A stretch of DNA of 18,170 nucleotides from Promethearchaeota archaeon (GTDB lineage: Archaea; Asgardarchaeota; Lokiarchaeia; Sigyniarchaeales; SOKP01), in contig JABXKD010000069.1 in the NCBI GenBank assembly GCA_013375475.1, positions 1 through 18,170 of the forward strand, read 5' to 3'. The translations under genes were made by a program, and so were the position numbers. Each line of letters opens with the position of its first letter. The first letter of the stretch is position 1. The notes beneath the pieces are model-generated. The model was given only the letters and a program-made list of their open reading frames with translations, ran no database searches and was not told the origin of the DNA. Shown here one piece after another: positions 8,166 to 16,182 of this stretch.

Positions 8166-10433
8166 ATGGAAATTAAACGTCAAAAAATAAATTTAATAAT
8201 ACTGAGCATTTTGCTAATTCTTCTCCCTATAATCATTCAGGGAAGCAACAATTCTGAACTGGTTCAATTTAATGAAGATAAAGGGATGAAAAGACTTAAA
8301 ACGTCTGAAGTATACACAGATATACTAATTAATGATACAATGACCACTAATACTGCAAATCAAGGAAATTGGACTTGGGCAGTGAGTCAACCATGGTGTA
8401 CTGGTGAAGGAACTCCCGAAGAACCTTATATTATCAAAGATAAAACTTTTATATATACAGCAGGAGGGGGTGAGTGCTTAACAATAATTAATTCAAGAAA
8501 AAATTTTATTATTGGAAATTGTACAATTATGAATTCACATCCTTCATGGTCGGGACTTATTTTATGGAATGTTACTAATGGACAAGTCCTTGATAACGAT
8601 GTATACAATAATGGTGGTGGTATTGTTTTATATAAGACTAATGATACAATTATATCAGATAATAATATAAATAACAGTAAATTTTTAGACGGGATTTTTG
8701 CACAATATAGTCACTCTAATACATTTTCAGGTAATATTGTCTTTAATAGTACTGAAAATGGAATTGATTTGAAAGAATGTAATTATAATACAATCTCTGG
8801 GAATCAAATATTCAACAATACCTTAGACGGGATTTTGATAGAGTTAAGTGATTTTAATAACCTCTCTAAAAACGAATTGAATAATAATGCTGAAAATGGA
8901 ATTTATTTGGAACAAAGTATTAACAACACAATTTCAGAAAATAAGGCAAATAATAACGATCATGGAATATTTTTATGGACAAATTGTTATAACAATACCA
9001 TATTGGGAAACACTGTATATGAAAATTCTGATGGGATTCATTTAGAGAGTAGTGATAGCAATACTATAATCGAAAATATAGCAAATGATAACGATAGGGC
9101 AGGAATCTTTTTAGAGCAGAGTAATCATAATCATATCAGAGAAAATTCTGCAAGGGGTAATATTTATAATGGGATTTTTTTAGACAATGAGAATGATAAT
9201 AATGCTATTTCGGAAAATACTGTTAATAATAATAAATACGGTATTGAATTAACCTATAGTGATTTCAATAATATTACAGGAAACACAGCATGGGATAATA
9301 GTTATACCGGGATTCAAATAGAGGGTAGCAATAATAATACAATTTCGGGAAATAATGTTAATAACAATACCAATTATGGAATTTTTATAGCAACTCAATG
9401 CTACAATAATACTATCTCAGAGAATACAGTAAAAGATCACAAAATTACAGGTGTAGTATTAGCGGATGACAGTGACTATAATCTTATTACCCAAAATAAA
9501 ATGAAAAATAACACTTTTGGGATATATCTTCTTTCTGATTGTGAAAACAATTCAATCTACAAGAATTTCTTTTTGGAAAATGAAAAGCATGCTGAGGATT
9601 TGGGGACTGATAACATATGGAATTCCACTAAAATTGGGAATTACTGGGATAATTATACGGAAACTCATCCCAATTTAGCAATAGATGCAGATGATAACGG
9701 AATCGGAGATGTACCCTATAATATTAGCCTTTCTCCGCTAATCCAGGATCATCTGCCTATATTTGATAATGATATGCCAATAATAACAATACATTCACCT
9801 ACTCCTGGCTATGTATTCGATAATATTGCTCCCTCTTTTAATGTAATAATAACTGATGACTATTTGGATGAGATGTGGTATACTATAGATGGGGGATTAC
9901 ATAATTATTCATTTACCGAAAATGGAATGATTAATCAATATACATGGAATGGTGCAGCTGAAGGAAATATTACGTTAACATTTTATGCCAGCGATAAGCC
10001 TGGAAATATCGGAACGGAAGAGGTTAATATCATAAAGGACACTGTTGCTCCAGTTATCATTATCAATTCCCCTGTTGAAGGTGATAAATTCGGCAAAAAT
10101 GTGCCACTTTTTAATATAACCGTCATAGAGGATAATTTAGACGTTTTATGGTATTCATTTGATGGGGGAACAACCATGGGATCCATAACTGATAACATTA
10201 TATTTGTCCAGAGAGCTTGGGATGCAGTAGCTAAGGGAAATGTTACCATCACGTTCTATGCGAGAGATTTTGCGGGGAATGAAGTAACTGAGGAAGTGTC
10301 GGTAATCAAGAGTTTTACAAGTGGATTAGACCCAGGTGTTATAATAATTATTGTTGTTGTTTCTGTAATTGGAGGAGTCGCGGTTATAAGTGTTGTGTAT
10401 ATCTTTATGAAAAAACGAATGACGCCAGCATAA
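8166..10433 (+). CDS. Membrane-anchored right-handed parallel beta-helix (NosD/CASH-like) surface protein with two C-terminal Ig-like repeats
   Basis: Signal peptide; GEGTPEEPYII cap; many ~22-23 aa GIxLxxSxxNxIxxNxxxxN repeats; GNYWDNY...DDNGIGDVPY end motif; duplicated PIITIHSP / PVIIINSP domains; C-terminal TM helix followed by KKR. Confidence 0.9.
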   Translation: MEIKRQKINLIILSILLILLPIIIQGSNNSELVQFNEDKGMKRLKTSEVYTDILINDTMTTNTANQGNWTWAVSQPWCTGEGTPEEPYIIKDKTFIYTAGGGECLTIINSRKNFIIGNCTIMNSHPSWSGLILWNVTNGQVLDNDVYNNGGGIVLYKTNDTIISDNNINNSKFLDGIFAQYSHSNTFSGNIVFNSTENGIDLKECNYNTISGNQIFNNTLDGILIELSDFNNLSKNELNNNAENGIYLEQSINNTISENKANNNDHGIFLWTNCYNNTILGNTVYENSDGIHLESSDSNTIIENIANDNDRAGIFLEQSNHNHIRENSARGNIYNGIFLDNENDNNAISENTVNNNKYGIELTYSDFNNITGNTAWDNSYTGIQIEGSNNNTISGNNVNNNTNYGIFIATQCYNNTISENTVKDHKITGVVLADDSDYNLITQNKMKNNTFGIYLLSDCENNSIYKNFFLENEKHAEDLGTDNIWNSTKIGNYWDNYTETHPNLAIDADDNGIGDVPYNISLSPLIQDHLPIFDNDMPIITIHSPTPGYVFDNIAPSFNVIITDDYLDEMWYTIDGGLHNYSFTENGMINQYTWNGAAEGNITLTFYASDKPGNIGTEEVNIIKDTVAPVIIINSPVEGDKFGKNVPLFNITVIEDNLDVLWYSFDGGTTMGSITDNIIFVQRAWDAVAKGNVTITFYARDFAGNEVTEEVSVIKSFTSGLDPGVIIIIVVVSVIGGVAVISVVYIFMKKRMTPA

Positions 10434-10445
10434 TTCCTAATTACA

Positions 10446-10465
10446 TTCTTCTTCTTTTTATTTAT
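10446..10465 (+). terminator. Oligo-T/pyrimidine tract, likely archaeal terminator
   Basis: TTCTTCTTCTTTTTATTT begins about 13 nt after the stop codon of the beta-helix gene. Confidence 0.45.
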
Positions 10466-10469
10466 CTAA

Positions 10470-11243
10470 AATTCAGATGTAAAAATTGAATCTGTAGATA
10501 TCGATGGAGTACATGCAGAGTGGCAAATCTCTGAAGATGTTGATGAAAATAAAATCTTATTGTATTTCCACGGAGGAGGACATGTGTTAGGATCTCCAAT
10601 GTCCAGCCGACCTTATACAGTTGAGATTGGAAAAGCTGCACATGTAAAAGTTTTGAGCGTGGATTACACTCTTGCTCCTGAACATCCATTCCCTGAGGGT
10701 CCAAACGATTGTTTTACATCTTATAAATGGCTTCTCACGCATGGATATAAACCTGAAAATATCATTATCGGTGGAGCATCTGCGGGCGGAAACATGGCTC
10801 TCACAACTCTTATTAAAATTAAAGAGGAAGGTATTGTCATGCCCAGAGGTGCTATAGTTCTCTCTCCCGGGATTGATTATACGACAAACAGTAAAACAAT
10901 TCTAGAGAATGCTCCTACAGATTGTGTTATGGCAGATGTGGGCGTTTTTTGGTGGATTCCCGCATATCTAAACGGAGCAGATCCTAATAATCCTCTCGTA
11001 TGCCCTATCTTTGCTAATTTTACAGGTTTCTCTCCAATTTTAGCGCAAGTAAGCACAAGTGAGATGGTCTACGATCATTCCACGCGATTAGTGGAACTCG
11101 CGAAAGCTACCGGTGTTAATGCCATCCTACAAGAATGGGACGATATGCCCCATGTTTGGCAAAATTACGGTCTTTATGACCTTCCTGAAGCAAAAGAAGC
11201 TATAGATAAAATTGGTCAATTTATAAAAGATTTGTTTGATTAA
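10470..11243 (+). pseudogene. 5'-truncated HSL-family alpha/beta hydrolase (esterase/lipase)
   Basis: HGGG oxyanion motif, VDYTLAPEHPFP, GASAGG nucleophile elbow, MPHVW. Family-like sequence (SDVKIESVDIDGVHAEW...KILLY) continues upstream of the TTG at 10560 to a TAA at 10467-10469 with no start codon, so the N-terminal cap is missing. Confidence 0.75.
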
Positions 11244-11279
11244 TCAAGATGTGCTCAAATCTAAGTTAGATCATTAAAA

Positions 11280-11665
11280 ATGACGGTTACAACGGGCATT
11301 GAAACCCTAAAACTCAAAGCTACCAGCGTAGAACCCTAGTAGAGCGAGTTGAGGCTATTTTTAAATTTATTGAGACTCAAAAAAATGTTTTTCCAAAAAG
11401 CAGTTTAAAAGAAATTGGATTAAATCCTCAGGCTGCGGAAAAATGGTTAAAACTAATCGATTACATACAAAAGCAACCGAAAATTCGATTAATTCAATCA
11501 GAGCATAATACTCTAATAGAAAAAGTAGAGGGGAAGTACCAAGCTCTAATGAGAAAAATGATCATGGATGAGACACTTTCATTTGAGCAAAGACTCCAGC
11601 ATGTAACAGATTATTTGAAATCTTTATACACTCGTGAGCGATTTACTGAAATAAAAGATATTTAA
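11280..11665 (+). pseudogene. Frameshifted small gene (about 127 aa if joined), possibly winged-helix-like; absent from the ORF track
   Basis: ATG at 11280 reads MTVTTGIE... and stops after 19 codons. The -1 frame is open from 11303 to 11665 for 120 codons: NPKTQSYQRRTLVERVEAIFKFIETQKNVFPKSSLKEIGLNPQAAEKWLKLIDYIQKQPKIRLIQSEHNTLIEKVEGKYQALMRKMIMDETLSFEQRLQHVTDYLKSLYTRERFTEIKDI. Confidence 0.7.
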
Positions 11666-12081
11666 TTTTCGACTTCTTTTTCAAATAGTTCTTTGAAGTC
11701 TATTTCCAGTCCTAACGCGATTTTAATTAATGTATCCTCCCTAAATTCTTTTGTTAGTTCTTCATCGTCTATTTCACTTAAAGAAGCAAGCTTTTCAAGG
11801 TTGATCCCCGCTATTTCGGCAATCTCCCTTAATTCTGCCAATGATTTACCCTCTAGGATATCTTTAACAACTGGTTCTTGATAGAAGATATCAATGATCG
11901 GTTTTTTCAAGATTTCCGATATTTTAAAGGATATTGTCAAGGATGGATTGTATGAACCCCGCTCTAAGTAATAAATTGTCTGGCGAGAAACCCCTACAAG
12001 TTTCGCTAATTCTAACTGGGGCAGTTCTAACTCCTCTCTAAATTGTTTTATTCTCGAAGCGATTTTTTTTTTAAATTTCAT
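11662..12081 (-). CDS. XRE/Cro-family transcriptional regulator with a second, degenerate HTH domain
   Basis: IKQFREELELPQLELAKLVGVSRQTIYYLERGSYNPSL is a canonical HTH_3 domain. The C-terminal LREIAEIAGINLEKLASL...TLIKIALGLEIDFKELF is a second XRE-like unit. Confidence 0.9.
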   Translation of the reverse strand: MKFKKKIASRIKQFREELELPQLELAKLVGVSRQTIYYLERGSYNPSLTISFKISEILKKPIIDIFYQEPVVKDILEGKSLAELREIAEIAGINLEKLASLSEIDDEELTKEFREDTLIKIALGLEIDFKELFEKEVEN

Positions 12082-12152
12082 GCAGGTTCACTAATCAGTT
12101 CCTCTTTCAGGAGTTTTGTTGATTGTAATAAAAATTAAAAAAAAATTGATTT

Positions 12153-12977
12153 TTAGACTAATTTAAACAAATCCTCTATTCTACACTGTAGTACTTCAGC
12201 TATCTTATAGGCTAATGCTAAGCTTGGGTTATAACGACCTTCAGCTAAGTAATTAATCGTCTGAAGAGGAACTCCAACCTTCTCGGCCAAGGCAGCAGCA
12301 GAAATGTTAGCTTTTTCGCGCAATTCCGTTATACTAGTCTTTAATTTCTCCCCTTCCCGCATCTTTGAAAGGATGTAGCTAATAAAATTATCAAATGCTA
12401 ATTCTTCAGGCTTAAAGATCTTGTCTTCAAGCCCACTTGGAACTGCTGAATACTTCGTCATCATCTCCTTAATCTTCTTCTCGATGATCATTGGATTCTT
12501 TAAGCCAGGAATATAACCCTCAGGCCTGACAATACCCTTTTGAGCACTTGCTGCAGCTGCACTCGAACCTGCAGTCTCAATCTTCACCGTAAAAGTCTTA
12601 AACATCCTGTCAAACACACCATTCACGATGTTAATGTTCTGAATTCTACTGTAAGGGATAGTTGCGACTATCTTTGTAAATACACCATGTCTTATAATGA
12701 TATGATTCTCTGAGATCTTGTATGAAAAGTTTCTAACATAGGCGCTATTATAGATATAAACGATGAGTATGATTGCTCCAAAAACACCATAAACGATTAT
12801 GAACATTAAGGACATCCACTCTATAGGAAAAATCCACCATGAGAGAAACGTTCCTGCTATAGCTATACTAATAATAATTGTAGAAATAACACCAAGTACT
12901 AATATACTTTTTAGCAGTTCTTTGTTTTTATAAGAGTTAGAAATACTACCTTCGTATGAATTTTTTTCTTTACTCAT
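12153..12977 (-). CDS. Membrane protein: two TM helices, bacterial PH (bPH_2, YdbS-like) domain and C-terminal XRE HTH
   Basis: Two hydrophobic helices; YKISENHIIIRHGVF...IPYSRIQNINIVNGVFDRMF...VKIETAG (bPH_2 signature); ITELREKANISAAALAEKVGVPLQTINYLAEGRYNPSL (HTH_3). ATG 12977 is preferred over TTG 12992 because GGTGA lies just upstream of it. Confidence 0.88.
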   Translation of the reverse strand: MSKEKNSYEGSISNSYKNKELLKSILVLGVISTIIISIAIAGTFLSWWIFPIEWMSLMFIIVYGVFGAIILIVYIYNSAYVRNFSYKISENHIIIRHGVFTKIVATIPYSRIQNINIVNGVFDRMFKTFTVKIETAGSSAAAASAQKGIVRPEGYIPGLKNPMIIEKKIKEMMTKYSAVPSGLEDKIFKPEELAFDNFISYILSKMREGEKLKTSITELREKANISAAALAEKVGVPLQTINYLAEGRYNPSLALAYKIAEVLQCRIEDLFKLV

Positions 12978-13077
12978 TTTTTTTTTCACCAATTCTTTTA
13001 ATGTTAAATTTTTAAAATCATTTTTATCGAGTGGAATTAACTTTCTACCAATTGACTTAAAAAATGATCTTTCATTG

Positions 13078-13094
13078 TGTTACTATATTTAACA
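13078..13094. promoter_or_regulatory. Candidate operator between the TATA box and the predicted TSS
   Basis: TGTTA-CTATATT-TAACA palindrome. Confidence 0.4.
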
Positions 13095-13098
13095 TGGG

Positions 13099-13113
13099 TA
13101 TTTAAAGGTTTCG
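13099..13113 (-). promoter_or_regulatory. BRE plus TATA promoter of the bPH_2-XRE / XRE operon
   Basis: Minus strand reads CGAAACCTTTAAATA, matching the archaeal BRE-TATA consensus. Confidence 0.65.
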
Positions 13114-13162
13114 AATTAATCAAGAAACAAAGAACTTAAGGTGTATAATAAGCTTCCATGAG

Positions 13163-13182
13163 ATGTTAAAGAAACTTAACAT
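13163..13182. promoter_or_regulatory. Candidate upstream XRE operator
   Basis: ATGTTAA-AGAAAC-TTAACAT: 7-bp arms sharing TGTTA/TAACA half-sites with 13078-13094. Confidence 0.5.
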
Positions 13183-13378
13183 TACTATTTGTATTTTAAA
13201 TTATACTAAATTTATTAAGAAAGAACGATTAAAGTGCTCGTTTAATGATTTAAATGACTGGTGAATCTATAAGCCGTTTTAATTTTAATCAATTAGATTG
13301 ATCGTGAAACGATGATATCGCAAGGAAAAAGTATAAAGTTTATATTATTCCGATGTTATGCTTGTATATATAATTCTG

Positions 13379-13398
13379 CGTGAAATCAAGATTTCACG
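13379..13398. promoter_or_regulatory. Perfect palindrome (candidate transcription-factor site) with a degenerate copy at 13303-13322
   Basis: CGTGAAATC-AA-GATTTCACG. The copy CGTGAAACGATGATATCGCA matches at 14 of 20 positions. Confidence 0.55.
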
Positions 13399-13495
13399 AA
13401 ATTGCAGGTTAATATAAGGTTTATCAATGAATTTACATCTTATCTTTTCGACCTATATTATTTTTATAAATCTTTTAAAGGTTTTTTTGGTACCC

Positions 13496-14590
13496 TTATT
13501 GAGCGACCTTTCTTTTAAGCATTAATCTATAAATAACTGAAATGATTAAAATTAAACCTGAAATACTAATAGTTATTATAATTGTTATTATAAAACTTTG
13601 ATTTTGAGTTGGTGGTAAATTTGAAAGTTCGAGGATTTCTAAACCATCATCTAAATCAGTTAAAAACACTATATTATTATCAATAAACAGATTTCTCGTG
13701 TGCCCTCCATCATTAAATCCACTTATCTTCCAAGGATTAGTAGGATCACTTATATTAACGATTTCAAGCCCATCATTATCATCTGATAGAAAAGCAAGAT
13801 CATCTAAAATGAAAGCAAAGTATACATTACCTCCATTGTTGAATGATCCCAAAGTAATCGGAAGGATAGGATTACTAACATTCAAGATCTGTAAACCGTT
13901 TGAGCTATAACACAAGTAAGCAATATTTTCTATGACCTTAACACTGTAAGCACCTACCCCATTAAAACATCCACCGATTTCGGAAGGATTAAAAGGATCT
14001 GAGATGTTAACTATTTCTAGACCTGCATGATATTCTGCTATATAAGCTAAGTCTCCTTTAATAAAAACCCCGTTAGGTGATCCACCATCATTGTATTCAC
14101 CAATTTTATTTGGATGTCTAATATCGCTGCAGTTAATAATTTCAAGTCCATTTTCTATACTCACTAAATAGACAAGATCTCCAACACTAAAAACATCAGA
14201 AACATGTCCTCCATCATAGAAATCACTTATCTTAACAGGATTTAACGGATTTGATACATTGACTATTTGCAAACCACTAAAAAAGTTCGCTAAATAAGCG
14301 ATTCCATTAATAACATCGATACTGTGAGTTACTCCTAGGTCAAGGTGCCCCAACTCGATTGGATTACGAGGATCAGAAACATCAAGAATTTGCAATCCTT
14401 CTTCATTTCCCCCAATATATGCTATATCATCAATTACAACAACATCCCAGGCAAGTAATGTGTCGAATTGCCCAATCTTTTTTGGATTTATATTTGCATC
14501 AGCATATACTTTATCATCGTTTGCTAAAACCATAAAAAATACTAAAATAATAAAGAGAAATTTCTTTGATAGAAGTTTCTTTGAATTCAT
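13496..14590 (-). CDS. LVIVD-repeat (probable beta-propeller) surface protein with signal peptide and C-terminal TM anchor
   Basis: About seven ~43-aa repeats of AYxAxxxxGLxIxxxSxPxNP; N-terminal hydrophobic signal; C-terminal TM helix followed by RLMLKRK. Confidence 0.92.
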   Translation of the reverse strand: MNSKKLLSKKFLFIILVFFMVLANDDKVYADANINPKKIGQFDTLLAWDVVVIDDIAYIGGNEEGLQILDVSDPRNPIELGHLDLGVTHSIDVINGIAYLANFFSGLQIVNVSNPLNPVKISDFYDGGHVSDVFSVGDLVYLVSIENGLEIINCSDIRHPNKIGEYNDGGSPNGVFIKGDLAYIAEYHAGLEIVNISDPFNPSEIGGCFNGVGAYSVKVIENIAYLCYSSNGLQILNVSNPILPITLGSFNNGGNVYFAFILDDLAFLSDDNDGLEIVNISDPTNPWKISGFNDGGHTRNLFIDNNIVFLTDLDDGLEILELSNLPPTQNQSFIITIIITISISGLILIISVIYRLMLKRKVAQ

Positions 14591-14638
14591 TTTGTATCAA
14601 TTATCTTTGAATTTTTAATTTAATTTTTGACTACACAC

Positions 14639-14651
14639 TTATAAAGGTTTG
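14639..14651 (-). promoter_or_regulatory. BRE plus TATA promoter of the LVIVD gene
   Basis: Minus strand reads CAAACCTTTATAA, about 50 nt upstream of ATG 14590. Confidence 0.55.
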
Positions 14652-14689
14652 AGGTGCACTTTTCGAACAGTTTACTCTATCAATATTAA

Positions 14690-14931
14690 CTAAATAGTTA
14701 TTGCGTAATAGTACCATGCTGCTGAGTGCATGACGACTCCAATTACTTTTTGACTATTAAGATTTTTTAATTGAGGATATAAATTCACAACGCTTGAATG
14801 AACAGCTCCTCCACATGGTTTTCGCCATCTTGTATTTTTTTCAATCAACGCAACTTTGAAACCTGCTTCTACCAGAATCTTAGCACAATGAGATCCTGAA
14901 GGCCCCGCACCGCTTATTAAACATCAAACAT
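14690..14931 (-). pseudogene. Remnant of a geranylgeranyl-reductase-family FAD oxidoreductase (frameshifted and 3'-truncated)
   Basis: ATG TTT GAT GTT TAA. Restoring one T gives MFDVLISGAGPSGSHCAKILVEAGFKVALIEKNTRWRKPCGGAV..., with the Rossmann GAGPSG and GGR-type KPCGG motifs. The frame ends after about 80 codons. Confidence 0.85.
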
Positions 14932-15042
14932 AATTATAACTTATTTTTTTTTAATAATTTCAACTTATGTTATTATAGTATAAAGAAAAATCTTAAAATT
15001 AATTCTACAGTCTTAATTATAGGAAATTATCAGGGATTTATT

Positions 15043-16182
15043 ATGGAATTGACAAAATTATTTAGTTCAGCTAAAATCGGGAATGTTAGAATCAAAAACA
15101 GAATCGTGAGATCTGCCACTTGGTTGGCTAGAGCTGATGAGCTAGGATATGTAACTGAGGACCTAATCGAAACTTATCAAAAACTTGGTGAGGGAGGAAT
15201 AGGATTAATCATCTCAGGCTACATTGGCGTTCACGATAATGGCTCTGGAAATTATCGAATGACGCGTCTTTCTAATGGAAGTTATAAAAGCGGACAAAAA
15301 AGACTAGTAGCAACGATTCATGATACATCGGATGCCAAAGTTGCTGCTCAAATTGCTCACACTGGAAGTAATATTATTAGAGCGGGTTATGAATTAGTAG
15401 GGCCTTCTCCAATAAAGGTTCCTGGATCTATTAAATTAGTTCGAGAACTGCCTACTAAAGAGATTCAGGAAATCGTAAATTCCTTCATTTATGCAGGAAC
15501 TCTTGCCTATGAATGTGGTTATGATATGATTCAACTTCATGGTGCTCATGGCTATTTATTAAGCGATTTCCTTTCTCCATTGGCAAACAAGCGAATTGAT
15601 GGATATGGAGGGACGCTGGAAAAACGCTTCAAGATAATAGAAGAGATATATCACGGCTTAAGAGATAAATTAGGGAAAGAAATTCCTATCATGATTAAAT
15701 TAAATACACATGATAATCTTAAAAACGGATTAACTTTGGAAGAAGGAAAAGAAATAACAAAAAGATTAGTAGCATTAGGTTTTGATGCAGTAGAACCTTC
15801 TTCTGGTAGGACTGATCCAAAGCTTACTGAAAACAAATCATTTCCAGCTCCTATAATTAAAAAACCTGAAGAAGAAAATTATTTCTCATATATCGCAAGG
15901 GAATTAAAACCATTAATGAGTAACTGTGCTTTGATCCTAATGGGTGGAATTCGAAATCCTATAGCAGCTGAACAATTTTTAGAGGAAGAAATCGCGGATT
16001 TCATATCAATCAGTAGACCGTTTCTTTATGAACCAGATCTAGCCAAAAGATGGGAAAGTGGTAACCTCGACTCGACCTATTGTACAAGTTGTAATGCATG
16101 TTTCGGTACTATTTATAAAGGCACAGGAGGGATATTTTGTCCTGTGAAACATAAACAAGAAAAAAAATCCATAAAAAATTAA
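15043..16182 (+). CDS. NADH:flavin oxidoreductase (Old Yellow Enzyme family) with C-terminal Cys cluster
   Basis: IKNRIVRSAT, GGIGLIISG, AQIAHTG, IQLHGAHGYLLSDFLSP, RIDGYGG, ADFISISRP; CTSCNAC...C at the C-terminus. Confidence 0.93.
   Translation: MELTKLFSSAKIGNVRIKNRIVRSATWLARADELGYVTEDLIETYQKLGEGGIGLIISGYIGVHDNGSGNYRMTRLSNGSYKSGQKRLVATIHDTSDAKVAAQIAHTGSNIIRAGYELVGPSPIKVPGSIKLVRELPTKEIQEIVNSFIYAGTLAYECGYDMIQLHGAHGYLLSDFLSPLANKRIDGYGGTLEKRFKIIEEIYHGLRDKLGKEIPIMIKLNTHDNLKNGLTLEEGKEITKRLVALGFDAVEPSSGRTDPKLTENKSFPAPIIKKPEEENYFSYIARELKPLMSNCALILMGGIRNPIAAEQFLEEEIADFISISRPFLYEPDLAKRWESGNLDSTYCTSCNACFGTIYKGTGGIFCPVKHKQEKKSIKN

Noticed and set aside
8560-9600. Periodic AAT-rich sequence resembling a DNA repeat array or DGR target
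   Set aside because: It is explained by Asn-rich beta-helix protein repeats. The repeats are divergent at DNA level, with no identical repeat-spacer structure, template repeat or reverse transcriptase.
10330-10433. Loki-CTERM/PGF-CTERM-type sorting signal on the beta-helix protein
   Set aside because: The tail has DPG plus a TM helix and basic residues, but not the IPG[YF] signature I associate with those families. It is called only a TM anchor.
10560-10562. TTG 10560 as the genuine esterase start
   Set aside because: It lies within the beta-strand preceding HGGG, and family-like sequence continues 30 codons upstream.
8426-15836. Other shadow ORFs (8426-8608, 9983-10252, 10462-10704, 10672-10857, 11693-11881, 13698-13910, 15651-15836)
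   Set aside because: They overlap well-supported genes and show no recognisable features.
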